Shown: one piece after another, positions 40,198 to 49,827 of the stretch
Position numbering within the stretch: the stretch's first letter is position 1
Layout of the letters: every line of letters starts with the position of its first letter
Origin: Coleofasciculus chthonoplastes F2-STO-03
GTDB taxonomy: Bacteria > Cyanobacteriota > Cyanobacteriia > Cyanobacteriales > Coleofasciculaceae
Length of the DNA: 53,433 nt
Direction of reading: 5' to 3'
Assembly: GCA_040222015.1 (NCBI GenBank)
Contig: JAVJWO010000105.1
Location: 1 to 53,433, forward strand
Notes under the pieces: model-generated
Told to the model about the DNA's origin: nothing
What the model saw: only the letters and a program-made list of their open reading frames with translations
Databases searched by the model: none
Translations under genes and position numbers: made by a program

Positions 40198-41462
40198 TCG
40201 TCATTCCCAATCGGCTTCCCCTGTTCCCCTAGAAGGGCGGGTTTTGTCAAGTTATCAGTTTGGTGCAAAATGTTATCTGTCAAACCCGCCCCTACACCCT
40301 CTGCTCCCTCTGCCATACCCGCGATTTCTAATAGACGTTTCGCGATCGCATCCCAGGTATGATGGTGCTGTATCCTCTGTCTGGCGGCTTTTCCTAGCTG
40401 TTTGCCTAATTCAGGATTATGGTAGAGGCGCTCCAGGGTGGCGGCTAAGGCTACGGCGTCGCCTGGAGGACATAATAAACCATTAATTTCATCTTCAATT
40501 AATTCTCTCAATTGTCCAATACGACTCGCCACCACAGGTAATCCGGCTGCCATGTATTCATAGACTTTTAAGGGTGAAAAATAAAAGTCAGATTGGTGCG
40601 GATAAGGGGCAACGGCAACGGTCATTTTTGCTAAAATTTCAGGGATTTTATCAGGAGTAACAGCACCCGTAAAATGAGTCACATCTAATAATCCGCGTGC
40701 TGACAAGTCTGTGACTAAATTATCTCGTTCGGGTCCATCCCCGACAATTAGTAGTCGCGTATTCCTATACTTTTGATGTAGGGTGTCAAAGGCTTCGACT
40801 AAAATCGATAATCCATGCCAAGGCTTGAGTGTGCCAACAAATCCCACGGTGAATGATTCTGGATGAATGGATAAGGCTGATTCAATACTACTGGAAAAAC
40901 GCTCTGGGTTAACGCCATTGGCAACAACATGCACTCGTTGATTTACGCCGGGATATGCTTCTATATAAGTCTTAATTTCTTCAGAAACCGCAATAATTGC
41001 ACTGGCTGTACTAAATACTTGTTGTGCCACTTGTTCTGCTAGCGTGCGCTCTACTAATCCCCGATGTTTTGCCTGTTCTTCAATCAAGGGAGCATTGACT
41101 TCTAAAATCCCTGGTATTCCCATAGACTTGGCATAATCCATTCCGGTAAAACTCCAGAGAGAGTAACGCTCATAAACTAAGTTAAAAATACCGTTATTTT
41201 CAAGTGCCATACGCAGCTCAAGGTTAGCGGATAGGGCAGCTTGTTCACGAGCTGCTATTTCACCTTTGGGAATAGATGGTAAACGATGAACAATAATAGT
41301 TTCTAAATCCGGTGGCGGCTCACCACCGATTCGGGTGGCAAATAACTCAACCTGCATCCCTAGTTTTAGCCAAGCGCGAATCACCTCCTGAACATGAATC
41401 GAGCAACCTTTTTGACCAAAAACAGGAATACCTGGATCAGTGCAAATGTAAGCAATTCTCAT
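40194..41462 (-). CDS. Glycosyltransferase family 4
   Basis: FVGTLKPWHG, FSPLKVYEYMAAGLPVVAS. Confidence 0.9.
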   Translation of the reverse strand: MRIAYICTDPGIPVFGQKGCSIHVQEVIRAWLKLGMQVELFATRIGGEPPPDLETIIVHRLPSIPKGEIAAREQAALSANLELRMALENNGIFNLVYERYSLWSFTGMDYAKSMGIPGILEVNAPLIEEQAKHRGLVERTLAEQVAQQVFSTASAIIAVSEEIKTYIEAYPGVNQRVHVVANGVNPERFSSSIESALSIHPESFTVGFVGTLKPWHGLSILVEAFDTLHQKYRNTRLLIVGDGPERDNLVTDLSARGLLDVTHFTGAVTPDKIPEILAKMTVAVAPYPHQSDFYFSPLKVYEYMAAGLPVVASRIGQLRELIEDEINGLLCPPGDAVALAATLERLYHNPELGKQLGKAARQRIQHHHTWDAIAKRLLEIAGMAEGAEGVGAGLTDNILHQTDNLTKPALLGEQGKPIGNDE

Positions 41463-41557
41463 AATTTATATCCTCAACCAACGATAAAAAAATAATTTTA
41501 TTTATGACCCTAATTTCACTAAACCCGCTATATATCAGGAATAAAATAAATGGGTCT

Positions 41558-41617
41558 GTAGGGGCGGGTTTCACAACTTAACTTTATTCTTAAACCTGAT
41601 GTCAATAAACCCGCCCC
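41558..41617 (+). repeat. GTAG-type REP-like palindrome
   Basis: GTAGGGGCGGGTTT...AAACCCGCCCC. Confidence 0.8.
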
Positions 41618-41703
41618 GTCTCAAGTATGGAATAAAGGGTTATTTGACAAATGACAAGATATCCTATTGGGTTTCAATATCGCTCAACCCAACCTACTTC
41701 TAC

Positions 41704-43044
41704 TTATACATTTTGTGCCAAACTGACATTATCTTGTGGGTCAGACTGGGGCGAGATCTGATTAGATACAACTGGAGAATAATTTAACTTATCTTGATTA
41801 ACGACTTGATGAAAAATAGTTCGCAAAGCCGCAGTATTGCGATGAATATCAAACTCTGACTCAATCAATTGCCGCGCTTTTGTTGCCAGTTTCACCCGTA
41901 AACTTGGATTAATCAGTAAGCGTTCTAGAGCATTTGCCAACGCCGGAGAATCATGTTGAGCTACCATCAATCCCGTGTCTTCATGACGCACAACTTCAGG
42001 AATCCCGGTTACATCGGTAGCCACACAAGGCGTACCCAGTGCCATCGTTTCCAGTAAAACAGTTGGTAAACCCTCACGATTTCCATCGCTACCAATAATA
42101 TAAGGCGCAGCAAATACAGCGGCATTCTGGATATGCTCAAAGACTTCATTTTGAGGGCGCGAACCGATAATTTCAACCGTTGATTCTAAACCGAGGCGTT
42201 GAATTTGCTCTCGTAGCGTCGCTTCCAATGAACCTGATCCAATAATTTTACAATGAAACGAACAGCCGCGATGGGCAAGAATAGCACAAGCGTCAATTAA
42301 AACAGAAACCCCTTTTTTTTCGACCAATCGACTGACTGAAAGAATGGTGGGTGGGCGTTCTTGGGGAGATTTATACCCCAACTGGTTTAAATTTAAGCCA
42401 TTATAAATTCGCTGGATATGGGCGGCGGCTGCACCATACATCTGTTGTAAATAGTTGAGATTATAGTCACTAACCGTAATCACACTTGCCGCATCTTGCA
42501 GCTTCCGTTTCATGTCTTCTGGTTCAACACTTTCATGGAAAATATCTTTAGCATGAGCGGTGAAAGTGTAGGTTATTCCGGCAAAGTGGGCAGCCAGACG
42601 AGCGACACTGGTTGCTACTGTACCAAAGTGGGCGTGGAGATGACTAATATTTTTTAACCGTACCTCTCGTGCTAACCAGGCGGCTTGATAAACGGTACTG
42701 GCTTTTTCCCCTTGAGCAAACTCTAATTTTGTCCAAAAATCGGGGATAATTTTACTGGCTTCCTGAAGTTCTGCCCAGAAAAAGCTCGCGGCTGTTGGGT
42801 TAAGGCTATTGAGAGACTCGCTCACTCGCCCTTGGATGGGTTTACGAATATAGTAAACCGGGGCGCGGACTTGGGAAATAATATTTTGAAAATGAGTCTC
42901 AGCCGGAGGGCGCAGGGCAAATATTTCTATTTCTAATCCAGCGGCTTCATGGGCTAAAATTTCATTGACGACGAATGTTTCTGAGTAGCGTGGATAACGC
43001 TTGAGGACATAACCAACGCGGTTTAATTGTGTGGAAAGCATCAT
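41704..43044 (-). CDS. Glycosyltransferase family 4 (WcaL-like)
   Basis: YPRYSETFVVNE, HLHAHF, RLVEKKG, DGNREGLPTVLLE. Confidence 0.9.
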   Translation of the reverse strand: MMLSTQLNRVGYVLKRYPRYSETFVVNEILAHEAAGLEIEIFALRPPAETHFQNIISQVRAPVYYIRKPIQGRVSESLNSLNPTAASFFWAELQEASKIIPDFWTKLEFAQGEKASTVYQAAWLAREVRLKNISHLHAHFGTVATSVARLAAHFAGITYTFTAHAKDIFHESVEPEDMKRKLQDAASVITVSDYNLNYLQQMYGAAAAHIQRIYNGLNLNQLGYKSPQERPPTILSVSRLVEKKGVSVLIDACAILAHRGCSFHCKIIGSGSLEATLREQIQRLGLESTVEIIGSRPQNEVFEHIQNAAVFAAPYIIGSDGNREGLPTVLLETMALGTPCVATDVTGIPEVVRHEDTGLMVAQHDSPALANALERLLINPSLRVKLATKARQLIESEFDIHRNTAALRTIFHQVVNQDKLNYSPVVSNQISPQSDPQDNVSLAQNV

Positions 43045-43075
43045 TTAAATGGGGGATTGGGTAATTTTTGAATAT

Positions 43076-43227
43076 GTAGGCGCTGGTTTTACCGATAAGG
43101 TTCCGGCTCAAACCACTAACTGAACTAAACCTGCCCCAAGCAAGTCCGAGAATTTTGAATTTTGAATGTGTAGGGGCGGGTTTCACCATTATCGTATGTT
43201 GTCACCTGGATGTTACTAAACCCGCCC
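43076..43227 (+). repeat. Two GTAG-type REP-like palindromes (degenerate 43076-43137, intact 43170-43227)
   Basis: GTAGG..GGTTT...AAACC(T/C)GCCC arms. Confidence 0.7.
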
Positions 43228-43258
43228 TCCTTTCCTTCCTCTATTGACTATTCAACAA

Positions 43259-44671
43259 TTAGGAAACATTAGCTATGGAAACAACGGGGGAAGCCACGAC
43301 AGATTCGAGTAAATGAGGCAAACGTGCCAACCCATGGAAATCGATGCGATCGCGTCGGTGTGTCGATGTTCCGATTGTCCGCGATAGCCATTCACTTAAG
43401 ACTGTAGGCGTGACTTCATCGGGATGCAGCATATCAACTAATCCCAAATCCTGTAACCGTTTAGCCCGAATTAACTGTTCCTGTCGCGGTTTGACTCGTG
43501 GTACAATCAGCGCGGGTTTGTCAAAGGAAAGAACTTCGTAGGTGGTGTTGTAGCCGCCCATCGTAATCACACAATCCGCCCGATTCAACAATTGGGTGGG
43601 TTCAGCCAGAAACTCCAGCACTCGTAAACGGGGATGTTTCGCCGCGATTTGGTGTAAGTGTTGACGCACTGGAAGGGGCATAAATGGTCCGGTTAAAATC
43701 ACCCCATTGGTGTCTGGCGGTAAACTCACTTGGGCAAAGATTTCCGCCAGCTTATCCCCATCTTGCCCACCGCCAACCATACAGAGCGCCAGCCGCCCAG
43801 GGGGAAGGTTCAGTGTGGCTAAGGGATCAACCTCGGGAGTATCCACAAATTCCAGTCGTTTGCGCTGATCAAAACAACCGGTATACCGTACTTTAGCCGC
43901 TATATCTGGGGAAAATTGACAATCCTCAACCAGATCTGAGATTCTAGGATCACCGTAAATCCATACAGCATCGTAATACTTACGAATGATGTCTTCATTC
44001 TCTGCCTGCTGCCATTCGTGCTGTACTTTTATCGGATCATCAAGCACATCCCGTAAACCTAAAACACAACGAGTCTGGGTTTGAGTATGCAAATACTCTA
44101 GGGCTAAATCCAATTCCCGAATTGCCCCCCGTGGCACATTATCGACAATGAAGACATCGGGTTGAAAGGATTCGACAGTCGCCCGGATAATATTAGCCCG
44201 TAGGTTGACAATGTGTTGGAGCGAGAGATCCAAGCGACGGGATTGATATTCTCCATTGGTTCCTTTATGCAGGGCGGGAAGCGCTACATAGTCTACGCCA
44301 TCAGGAATGTGCAGATTACTTGCCTCACTCATGCCACTAATCAGCAGAATGTCCGTGGGTAAAGCAGACTGGGCAAGGGTTTGAGCCATTAATAAGTTGC
44401 GTCGCTTATGACCCAAACCCATCGTATCATGAGAGTACAACACCACCCGCAATTTCTGAGTTCTCACGCTATTCGGTTGGACAATCGCTGGAGACAGATG
44501 GGAAAACCACCCCGTATGAGCAGCATCAGTTGCACGACTTGTTCGTTCTCTGAAATGAAGATGCTGTGCAATTTCAGCGGTTTGAGATGTAAAACTGGCG
44601 GCTCTTGCTTTATTCAAAAAACGTTCAAGTGTTCGCGTTTGTGCTATCATTATTGTCTCCTGATGCTCCAA
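43259..44671 (-). CDS. GT-B glycosyltransferase (COG4671/GT28 C-terminal-like); start uncertain
   Basis: YSHDTMGLGHKRR, VGGGQDG, MGGYNT, VPR...EQLIRA. Confidence 0.85.
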   Translation of the reverse strand: MEHQETIMIAQTRTLERFLNKARAASFTSQTAEIAQHLHFRERTSRATDAAHTGWFSHLSPAIVQPNSVRTQKLRVVLYSHDTMGLGHKRRNLLMAQTLAQSALPTDILLISGMSEASNLHIPDGVDYVALPALHKGTNGEYQSRRLDLSLQHIVNLRANIIRATVESFQPDVFIVDNVPRGAIRELDLALEYLHTQTQTRCVLGLRDVLDDPIKVQHEWQQAENEDIIRKYYDAVWIYGDPRISDLVEDCQFSPDIAAKVRYTGCFDQRKRLEFVDTPEVDPLATLNLPPGRLALCMVGGGQDGDKLAEIFAQVSLPPDTNGVILTGPFMPLPVRQHLHQIAAKHPRLRVLEFLAEPTQLLNRADCVITMGGYNTTYEVLSFDKPALIVPRVKPRQEQLIRAKRLQDLGLVDMLHPDEVTPTVLSEWLSRTIGTSTHRRDRIDFHGLARLPHLLESVVASPVVSIANVS

Positions 44672-44889
44672 AATGTGGTTTTTTGTGATTGATGAATTTT
44701 TTAGGCGAGCAGGATGATAAAATCGAGGCTTTCCCTAAAGTTGATGTTGTTTTCCGCTGTCTTAACTTTAATTTAACAAACCGCCGTGAAAACAAGGTGA
44801 TACTTTTATGAGAACCCTTTCATGTTTGTGATTAGGACGGGAACAAGGAACGGGGAACAGGGAATGGTGAGGGGTGCATATCAACGCAA

Positions 44890-44964
44890 GTAGGTTGGGT
44901 TGAGGAACGAAACCCAACTCCAGGGAGAGCCTTTTGGGTAACGCTTAGGCTCTACCCAACCTAC
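44890..44964. repeat. Inverted pair of GTAGGTTGGG-type REP elements (REPIN-like)
   Basis: GTAGGTTGGGTTGAGGAACGAAACCCAAC ... TTGGGTAACGCTTAGGCTCTACCCAACCTAC; the second unit matches 51626-51656 on the opposite strand with one mismatch. Confidence 0.8.
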
Positions 44965-45122
44965 GAGAATATTTCGTGCTGTCCCTGACATGCTCCCAAC
45001 GGTGAGGGACTTACTTGCCCATAAACGAATAGAAACGTTGAAGGTAACGTCTCTACATTTCTAGGACAAAATTATAATGATTATAATGATAATTGATAAT
45101 TTTGTCCAAGGGAAGCGTCTAA

Positions 45123-45791
45123 TCAAGTGCGGAGGCGATAACCCATTCCTCTAACGGTTTCAATTAAGTCGCTGCCTAATTTTTTGCGTAAATAACCGAT
45201 ATAAACATCAACAATATTAGAACCCGGATCATAATCATACCCCCAAACATGACTGAGTAACTGCTCTCTGCTCATCACTTGTCCGGGATGGCGTAATAGG
45301 GTTTCTGCGAGGGTAAATTCGCGTGCGGAGAGTTCAACAAGTTGACCATTGACCCGAACCCGACGAGTCCGTAAATCTAAACTAACATGACCGATAGTTA
45401 GTACCATCTCCTCCTTTGTTTTCGGCAAATGGTTATTCCGCAACCGCAGGCGCACCCGGGCTAAGAGTTCTTCAAATCGAAAGGGTTTGGTCATGTAATC
45501 ATCAGCCCCTCCCTCTAATCCAGCGACTTTATCACGGATGTCATCACGGGCGGTGAGAATTATAATCGGTATCTGTTCTCCCTGACCCCGTAACTCCTCT
45601 AGCACTTGTAAACCATCTTTACCGGGGAGTCCCAAATCCATAATCAGCAGGTCAAATTCGTGGGAGAGCGCCATATCCAGCGTCTCCCCCGCATCTGTGG
45701 CTACGCTGGTGGTAAATCCTTTAGCCCGCAGTCCTTTTTCCAGAAATGAGGCAATACGGGGTTCATCTTCAGCAATCAGAATTCGATTCAT
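45123..45791 (-). CDS. OmpR-family response regulator
   Basis: ILIAEDE, MDLGLPG, KPF, winged helix VDVYIGYLRKK...TVRGMGY. Confidence 0.95.
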   Translation of the reverse strand: MNRILIAEDEPRIASFLEKGLRAKGFTTSVATDAGETLDMALSHEFDLLIMDLGLPGKDGLQVLEELRGQGEQIPIIILTARDDIRDKVAGLEGGADDYMTKPFRFEELLARVRLRLRNNHLPKTKEEMVLTIGHVSLDLRTRRVRVNGQLVELSAREFTLAETLLRHPGQVMSREQLLSHVWGYDYDPGSNIVDVYIGYLRKKLGSDLIETVRGMGYRLRT

Positions 45792-47292
45792 AGGGTAGAT
45801 TATCCTGTCTTAGCTCTAGGGGAAGAACAATCGTGAATTGAGCGCCAGCACCCAGTCGGCTGTTTAGTTTCACCTGACCCTGATGCGCTTGGGCGATCGC
45901 TTGAACGATAGACAATCCTAAACCCGCGCCTTCAGAACGACGACGGCTATTGGGGAGTCGAGCAAACCGTTCAAAAATCCGCTTTTGGTTAGCTAATTCA
46001 ATTCCTTTTCCAGTATCGCGAACCCAGAAATAGGCGTTGTGGCGATCGATCGCAGAACCCAAGGCGATTTGCTCTCCCGCCTTGGTGTGTTGGGTGGCAT
46101 TTTCAGCCAGGTTCATCATCGCTTGCGTCAGGCGCTGACGATCAGCGACAATTCGACCAGACGCGATCGCATCCAATTGCCAGTCTCGTTCGGCTAAGGC
46201 TTTGGCTTTAGCAAAAAGTTCCTCGGTGAACGAGTCAATATCTATTATTTCAACCTGTAAAAAATCGCGCCATTCTGCTTTCGCCAACAGGAGCAAATCA
46301 TTGACAAATCGGTTCATCCGATCCAATTCATCCAAGACTAATTCTAATGTTTCCTGTTGCGCTTTTGGGTCATCGTCCCATAATTCCAGATGACCTCGGA
46401 TAATAGTGATTGGTGTCCGCAATTCGTGACCCGCATCATTAATAAAATTTCGCTGGCTAGTAAACGCCCGGTGCAGACGATCCAGCATTTGATTCAGCGT
46501 AGTGGTCAGTTCTGCAATTTCACCAGTACCTTGTATAGGAATGCGTTGGGTCAGATCCGTTTCACTAATCGAACGCGCCGTTTCTGTAACCGAACGTAGG
46601 GGGGCGAGTACCCGTCCAGCAGCAACCCAAGCCACAATGGACGCAACCACCATCACAACCAACGTTACTTTAACAATCACCCAAACGACTTCATTGACTT
46701 CTTCCTTTTCATAGGCAATCACATTAGCGACAATAAACAGTCCCCGAATTTCTCCGCCAATTTCCACCGGTTCGGCATAGTAAAGAATCTGACCAACTGA
46801 TGTTTCTTCCCAGCCTTTTGCGGATTGGGTCAGGTTCGTCCAACCTTTAATTAGCCGTGCATCCGGTTGCAGTGGGTCAGGTAATGCTGTCGGACTAGAT
46901 TGGTAGAATTGACCATCAATAATAGTCAGCAGAAACTCACCGTCATTGGGAATATTACGGGATAGAAAAACATCAAATAAAGCCGCCAAATCATCACCAA
47001 ACGGCTGACCAGTCAAGGGATTTTTTCCTTGTTGGAACAATCGCTGAAACTCCTGCACCTCTTGGTTTAGAGAGCTATCAATTCGTTTGTATGCCTCTTC
47101 AAATAGAACTTGACGGATCAGCCCAACTGATGTACCCGTAAAGCAAACCATGAGCAGGACATACCAAGCCAGAATACGAGTTCGTGCTTCCCAAAATAGA
47201 TTACGCCAACCCCAATACCCTTTAGTTGTTGTACTCGCCTCATGATTTTGATCAGGGTTGGCTGAGGCGAGGTTGTTACCCAGCTTAGTCAC
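45769..47292 (-). CDS. Membrane sensor histidine kinase (2 TM, HAMP, HisKA, HATPase)
   Basis: GHELRTPIT, NLAENA, DTGKGI, GAGLGL; overlaps the regulator gene. Confidence 0.94.
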   Translation of the reverse strand: MTKLGNNLASANPDQNHEASTTTKGYWGWRNLFWEARTRILAWYVLLMVCFTGTSVGLIRQVLFEEAYKRIDSSLNQEVQEFQRLFQQGKNPLTGQPFGDDLAALFDVFLSRNIPNDGEFLLTIIDGQFYQSSPTALPDPLQPDARLIKGWTNLTQSAKGWEETSVGQILYYAEPVEIGGEIRGLFIVANVIAYEKEEVNEVVWVIVKVTLVVMVVASIVAWVAAGRVLAPLRSVTETARSISETDLTQRIPIQGTGEIAELTTTLNQMLDRLHRAFTSQRNFINDAGHELRTPITIIRGHLELWDDDPKAQQETLELVLDELDRMNRFVNDLLLLAKAEWRDFLQVEIIDIDSFTEELFAKAKALAERDWQLDAIASGRIVADRQRLTQAMMNLAENATQHTKAGEQIALGSAIDRHNAYFWVRDTGKGIELANQKRIFERFARLPNSRRRSEGAGLGLSIVQAIAQAHQGQVKLNSRLGAGAQFTIVLPLELRQDNLPYESNSDC

Positions 47293-47372
47293 GGTTTCCT
47301 CGCGGTTCGTGAGTTATCTTAACACCTGATGTTGAGTTTAGCGAATATGTTCCTGACTCTAGGTTTGTAGTA

Positions 47373-47564
47373 ATGGTTAGAATTTTAGCGATTGAAGATG
47401 AGGAGTCTGTAGGCGAGAATATCCTGGATCGGAGTAAATCTGTTTTAATTTATGCCAAAAATGTTGATAACAACCATAAAAAAATTCTAATGATCGAAGA
47501 CGAAGAAGCTGTCCGGGAGAATCTCATGGAATTGCTGGAAGCCAAAGAGTTTAATGACAAATGA
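47373..47564 (+). pseudogene. Two tandem N-terminal fragments of receiver-domain genes
   Basis: RILAIEDEESVGENILD and KILMIEDEEAVRENLMELLE; ends in an ATGACAA-type repeat before any phospho-Asp. Confidence 0.6.
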
Positions 47565-47618
47565 CGAATGACCAAGCTACCCTAGGGAAGCGGGATTTGA
47601 CCGATTTGGGTTTCAGTT

Positions 47619-48386
47619 ATGGCAGGACACAGTAAATGGGCAAATATTAAGCGTCAGAAGGCGAGAGTGGATGCGGTGAAGGGAAAAACCTTTGCCAAAC
47701 TCTCACGGGAGATCATTGTAGCCGCCCGTAGCGGTGTTCCTGACCCGAATGGGAATTTCCGGTTACGCACGGCGATTGAGAAGGCGAAGGCGGCGGGTAT
47801 TCCCAATGATAATATTGACCGGGCGATCGCGAAAGGGTCAGGTCAATTTGATAGTGGTAGCGACAACCTGGAAGAGATTCGCTATGAGGGCTATGGTCCG
47901 GGAGGTGTGGCGATTCTAATTGAAGCCCTTACCGATAATCGTAACCGCACGGCGGCAGATTTGCGATCGGCGTTTACCAAAAATGGCGGGAATCTGGGGG
48001 AAACGGGTTGCGTGAGTTGGATGTTTGAACAAAAAGGGGTAGTGACGGTAGCGGGTGAGGTGTCCGAGGAACAGTTATTGGAAGCCTCACTGACTGGTGG
48101 CGCCCAAACCTATGAGTGGATAGAAGACGACGAGGAACCGGGGGTGGAAGTTGTTACCGAGGTAACCAATCTAGAACACCTGAATCAAACCTTACAGGAT
48201 CAAGGTTTCACCGTGGGCGATGCTGAGTTACGTTGGATACCAGGGAATAGCATAGAAATTACTGATCCGGATGTGGCGCGATCGCTCCTAAAATTAATGG
48301 ACGCCCTAGATGAGTTGGATGATGTGCAGAACGTCACCGCCAACTTTGAAATGGCAGATGATTTGGTGTCATTGACGATGGCGTGA
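47619..48386 (+). CDS. yebC: YebC/PmpR family protein
   Basis: [33 protein letters not shown]. Confidence 0.95.
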   Translation: MAGHSKWANIKRQKARVDAVKGKTFAKLSREIIVAARSGVPDPNGNFRLRTAIEKAKAAGIPNDNIDRAIAKGSGQFDSGSDNLEEIRYEGYGPGGVAILIEALTDNRNRTAADLRSAFTKNGGNLGETGCVSWMFEQKGVVTVAGEVSEEQLLEASLTGGAQTYEWIEDDEEPGVEVVTEVTNLEHLNQTLQDQGFTVGDAELRWIPGNSIEITDPDVARSLLKLMDALDELDDVQNVTANFEMADDLVSLTMA

Positions 48387-48459
48387 GACGAGGGGATCAA
48401 CCATGACACAGGCACTCTTACACCCCAAAACCCAACAGTTTGTACATTTAAATAAAATC

Positions 48460-48528
48460 GTAGGGTGGGTTAGGCGGTATTTAATCGAGATAATAACGAT
48501 TTCAGTAGATATCCGCCGTAACCCACCA
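48460..48528 (+). repeat. GTAG-type palindromic element
   Basis: GTAGGGTGGGTTAGGCGG...CCGCCGTAACCCACC. Confidence 0.75.
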
Positions 48529-48532
48529 CTCA

Positions 48533-48651
48533 CTTGACGACAACCTTAGCGCCTTGTTGAGCAAATTTATTTATGGGCGGGCGATCGCTTCTCCGATACC
48601 TGTTCGGGCCCCCGTCACGATGGCGACTTTTCCCTCTAGGAGTCTACTCAC
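48533..48651 (-). pseudogene. N-terminal remnant of an SDR-family oxidoreductase
   Basis: GTG-started SRLLEGKVAIVTGARTGIGEAIA, then after a frameshift KFAQQGAKVVV (Rossmann TGxxxGIG). Confidence 0.75.
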
Positions 48652-48911
48652 CAGCCAAACCTCTTCCCCAACTATATTTACTCTGTTCCTGTTTTCTTCT
48701 GGAATCCAGGGTCTCTACATCTATCTGCGGTAGGGTTTCAGTTTCACAGAAGTTCGCAAGTGTATAGCAAGCTGTGTCAATTAATGCTATAATTATGAGT
48801 TTTATAAAAAAAACTGATCAAAAAATTTCTATCGATGGGTAGAAAGTTTACAAAAATTAATGTATGATTACTTTTAGTAAAGATTTGTAAAGCAGCACTC
48901 AGAAAAGAAAA

Positions 48912-49745
48912 ATGGATAGACGCACATTACTCAAGTATTTGTCAATCGGTGTAGCTGGAACCTCCTTAACCACTGCCGTACAGTCCCTCGCCTCTGCGTC
49001 TGGGGGAACAGCGGCGTGGGGTTATACCGGAACAACTGGACCGAGCAATTGGGGAAGTCTTGATCCCGCCTATGCGGTTTGTGGAACGGGAACACGACAA
49101 TCTCCGATCAATGTCAACACGACACAAGCAATCGATGCCACTCCAACAGATTTTGAAGTCAACTATCAATCGTTCTCCCCAACCATTAAAAATACTGGTA
49201 AGACTATTCAGGTTGACTGCCCTTCTGGTAGTACCTTGGACTTAGATGGAAAAACCTTTAACTTATTACAATTTCACTTTCACGCGCCTGCTGAACACAC
49301 CAAAAATACTCAACTCTTCCCGATGGAAGTTCACTTTGTTAATGCATTGTTAGATGCAGCTGGAAACATCGTAGAACTAGCCGTCATCGGGGTTTTTATG
49401 GAAGTGGGTTCCTATAACGCTCAGATCAACAAAATTTTTAATAACATGCCCACTACCTCAGGTGGAACAAACTCACCCTCCGGAGTCTCAATCAATCCTG
49501 AAGATATACTTCCTAAACCGAAGCTTGACGTATTGGGTTTGATAACAGAACCACTTAAATATTATCGATATAATGGTTCTTTAACCACACCGCCTTGTTC
49601 AGAAATTGTAAATTGGATCTTATATGATAGACCAATTAAAATTTCACAAGCGCAACTCGATCAGTTTGAAGCTCTATATGATAATATAGCCAGACCTGTG
49701 CAAAGCCTTGAGGGTCGGTTCGTGCTAGAAGATAAGCTTACTTAA
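48912..49745 (+). CDS. Alpha-class carbonic anhydrase with twin-arginine signal peptide (EcaA-like)
   Basis: MDRRTLLKY; WGY.G..GP..W; QSPIN; QFHFH..EH; EVHFV; YNGSLTTPPCSE. Confidence 0.92.
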   Translation: MDRRTLLKYLSIGVAGTSLTTAVQSLASASGGTAAWGYTGTTGPSNWGSLDPAYAVCGTGTRQSPINVNTTQAIDATPTDFEVNYQSFSPTIKNTGKTIQVDCPSGSTLDLDGKTFNLLQFHFHAPAEHTKNTQLFPMEVHFVNALLDAAGNIVELAVIGVFMEVGSYNAQINKIFNNMPTTSGGTNSPSGVSINPEDILPKPKLDVLGLITEPLKYYRYNGSLTTPPCSEIVNWILYDRPIKISQAQLDQFEALYDNIARPVQSLEGRFVLEDKLT

Positions 49746-49827
49746 ATCCCCGTTTACGGACAAGGGAGACGAGAAAGAGTTTAGCGGGTTAGCGGATATT
49801 TGCTAACCCGAAACAAATCACCAATTC

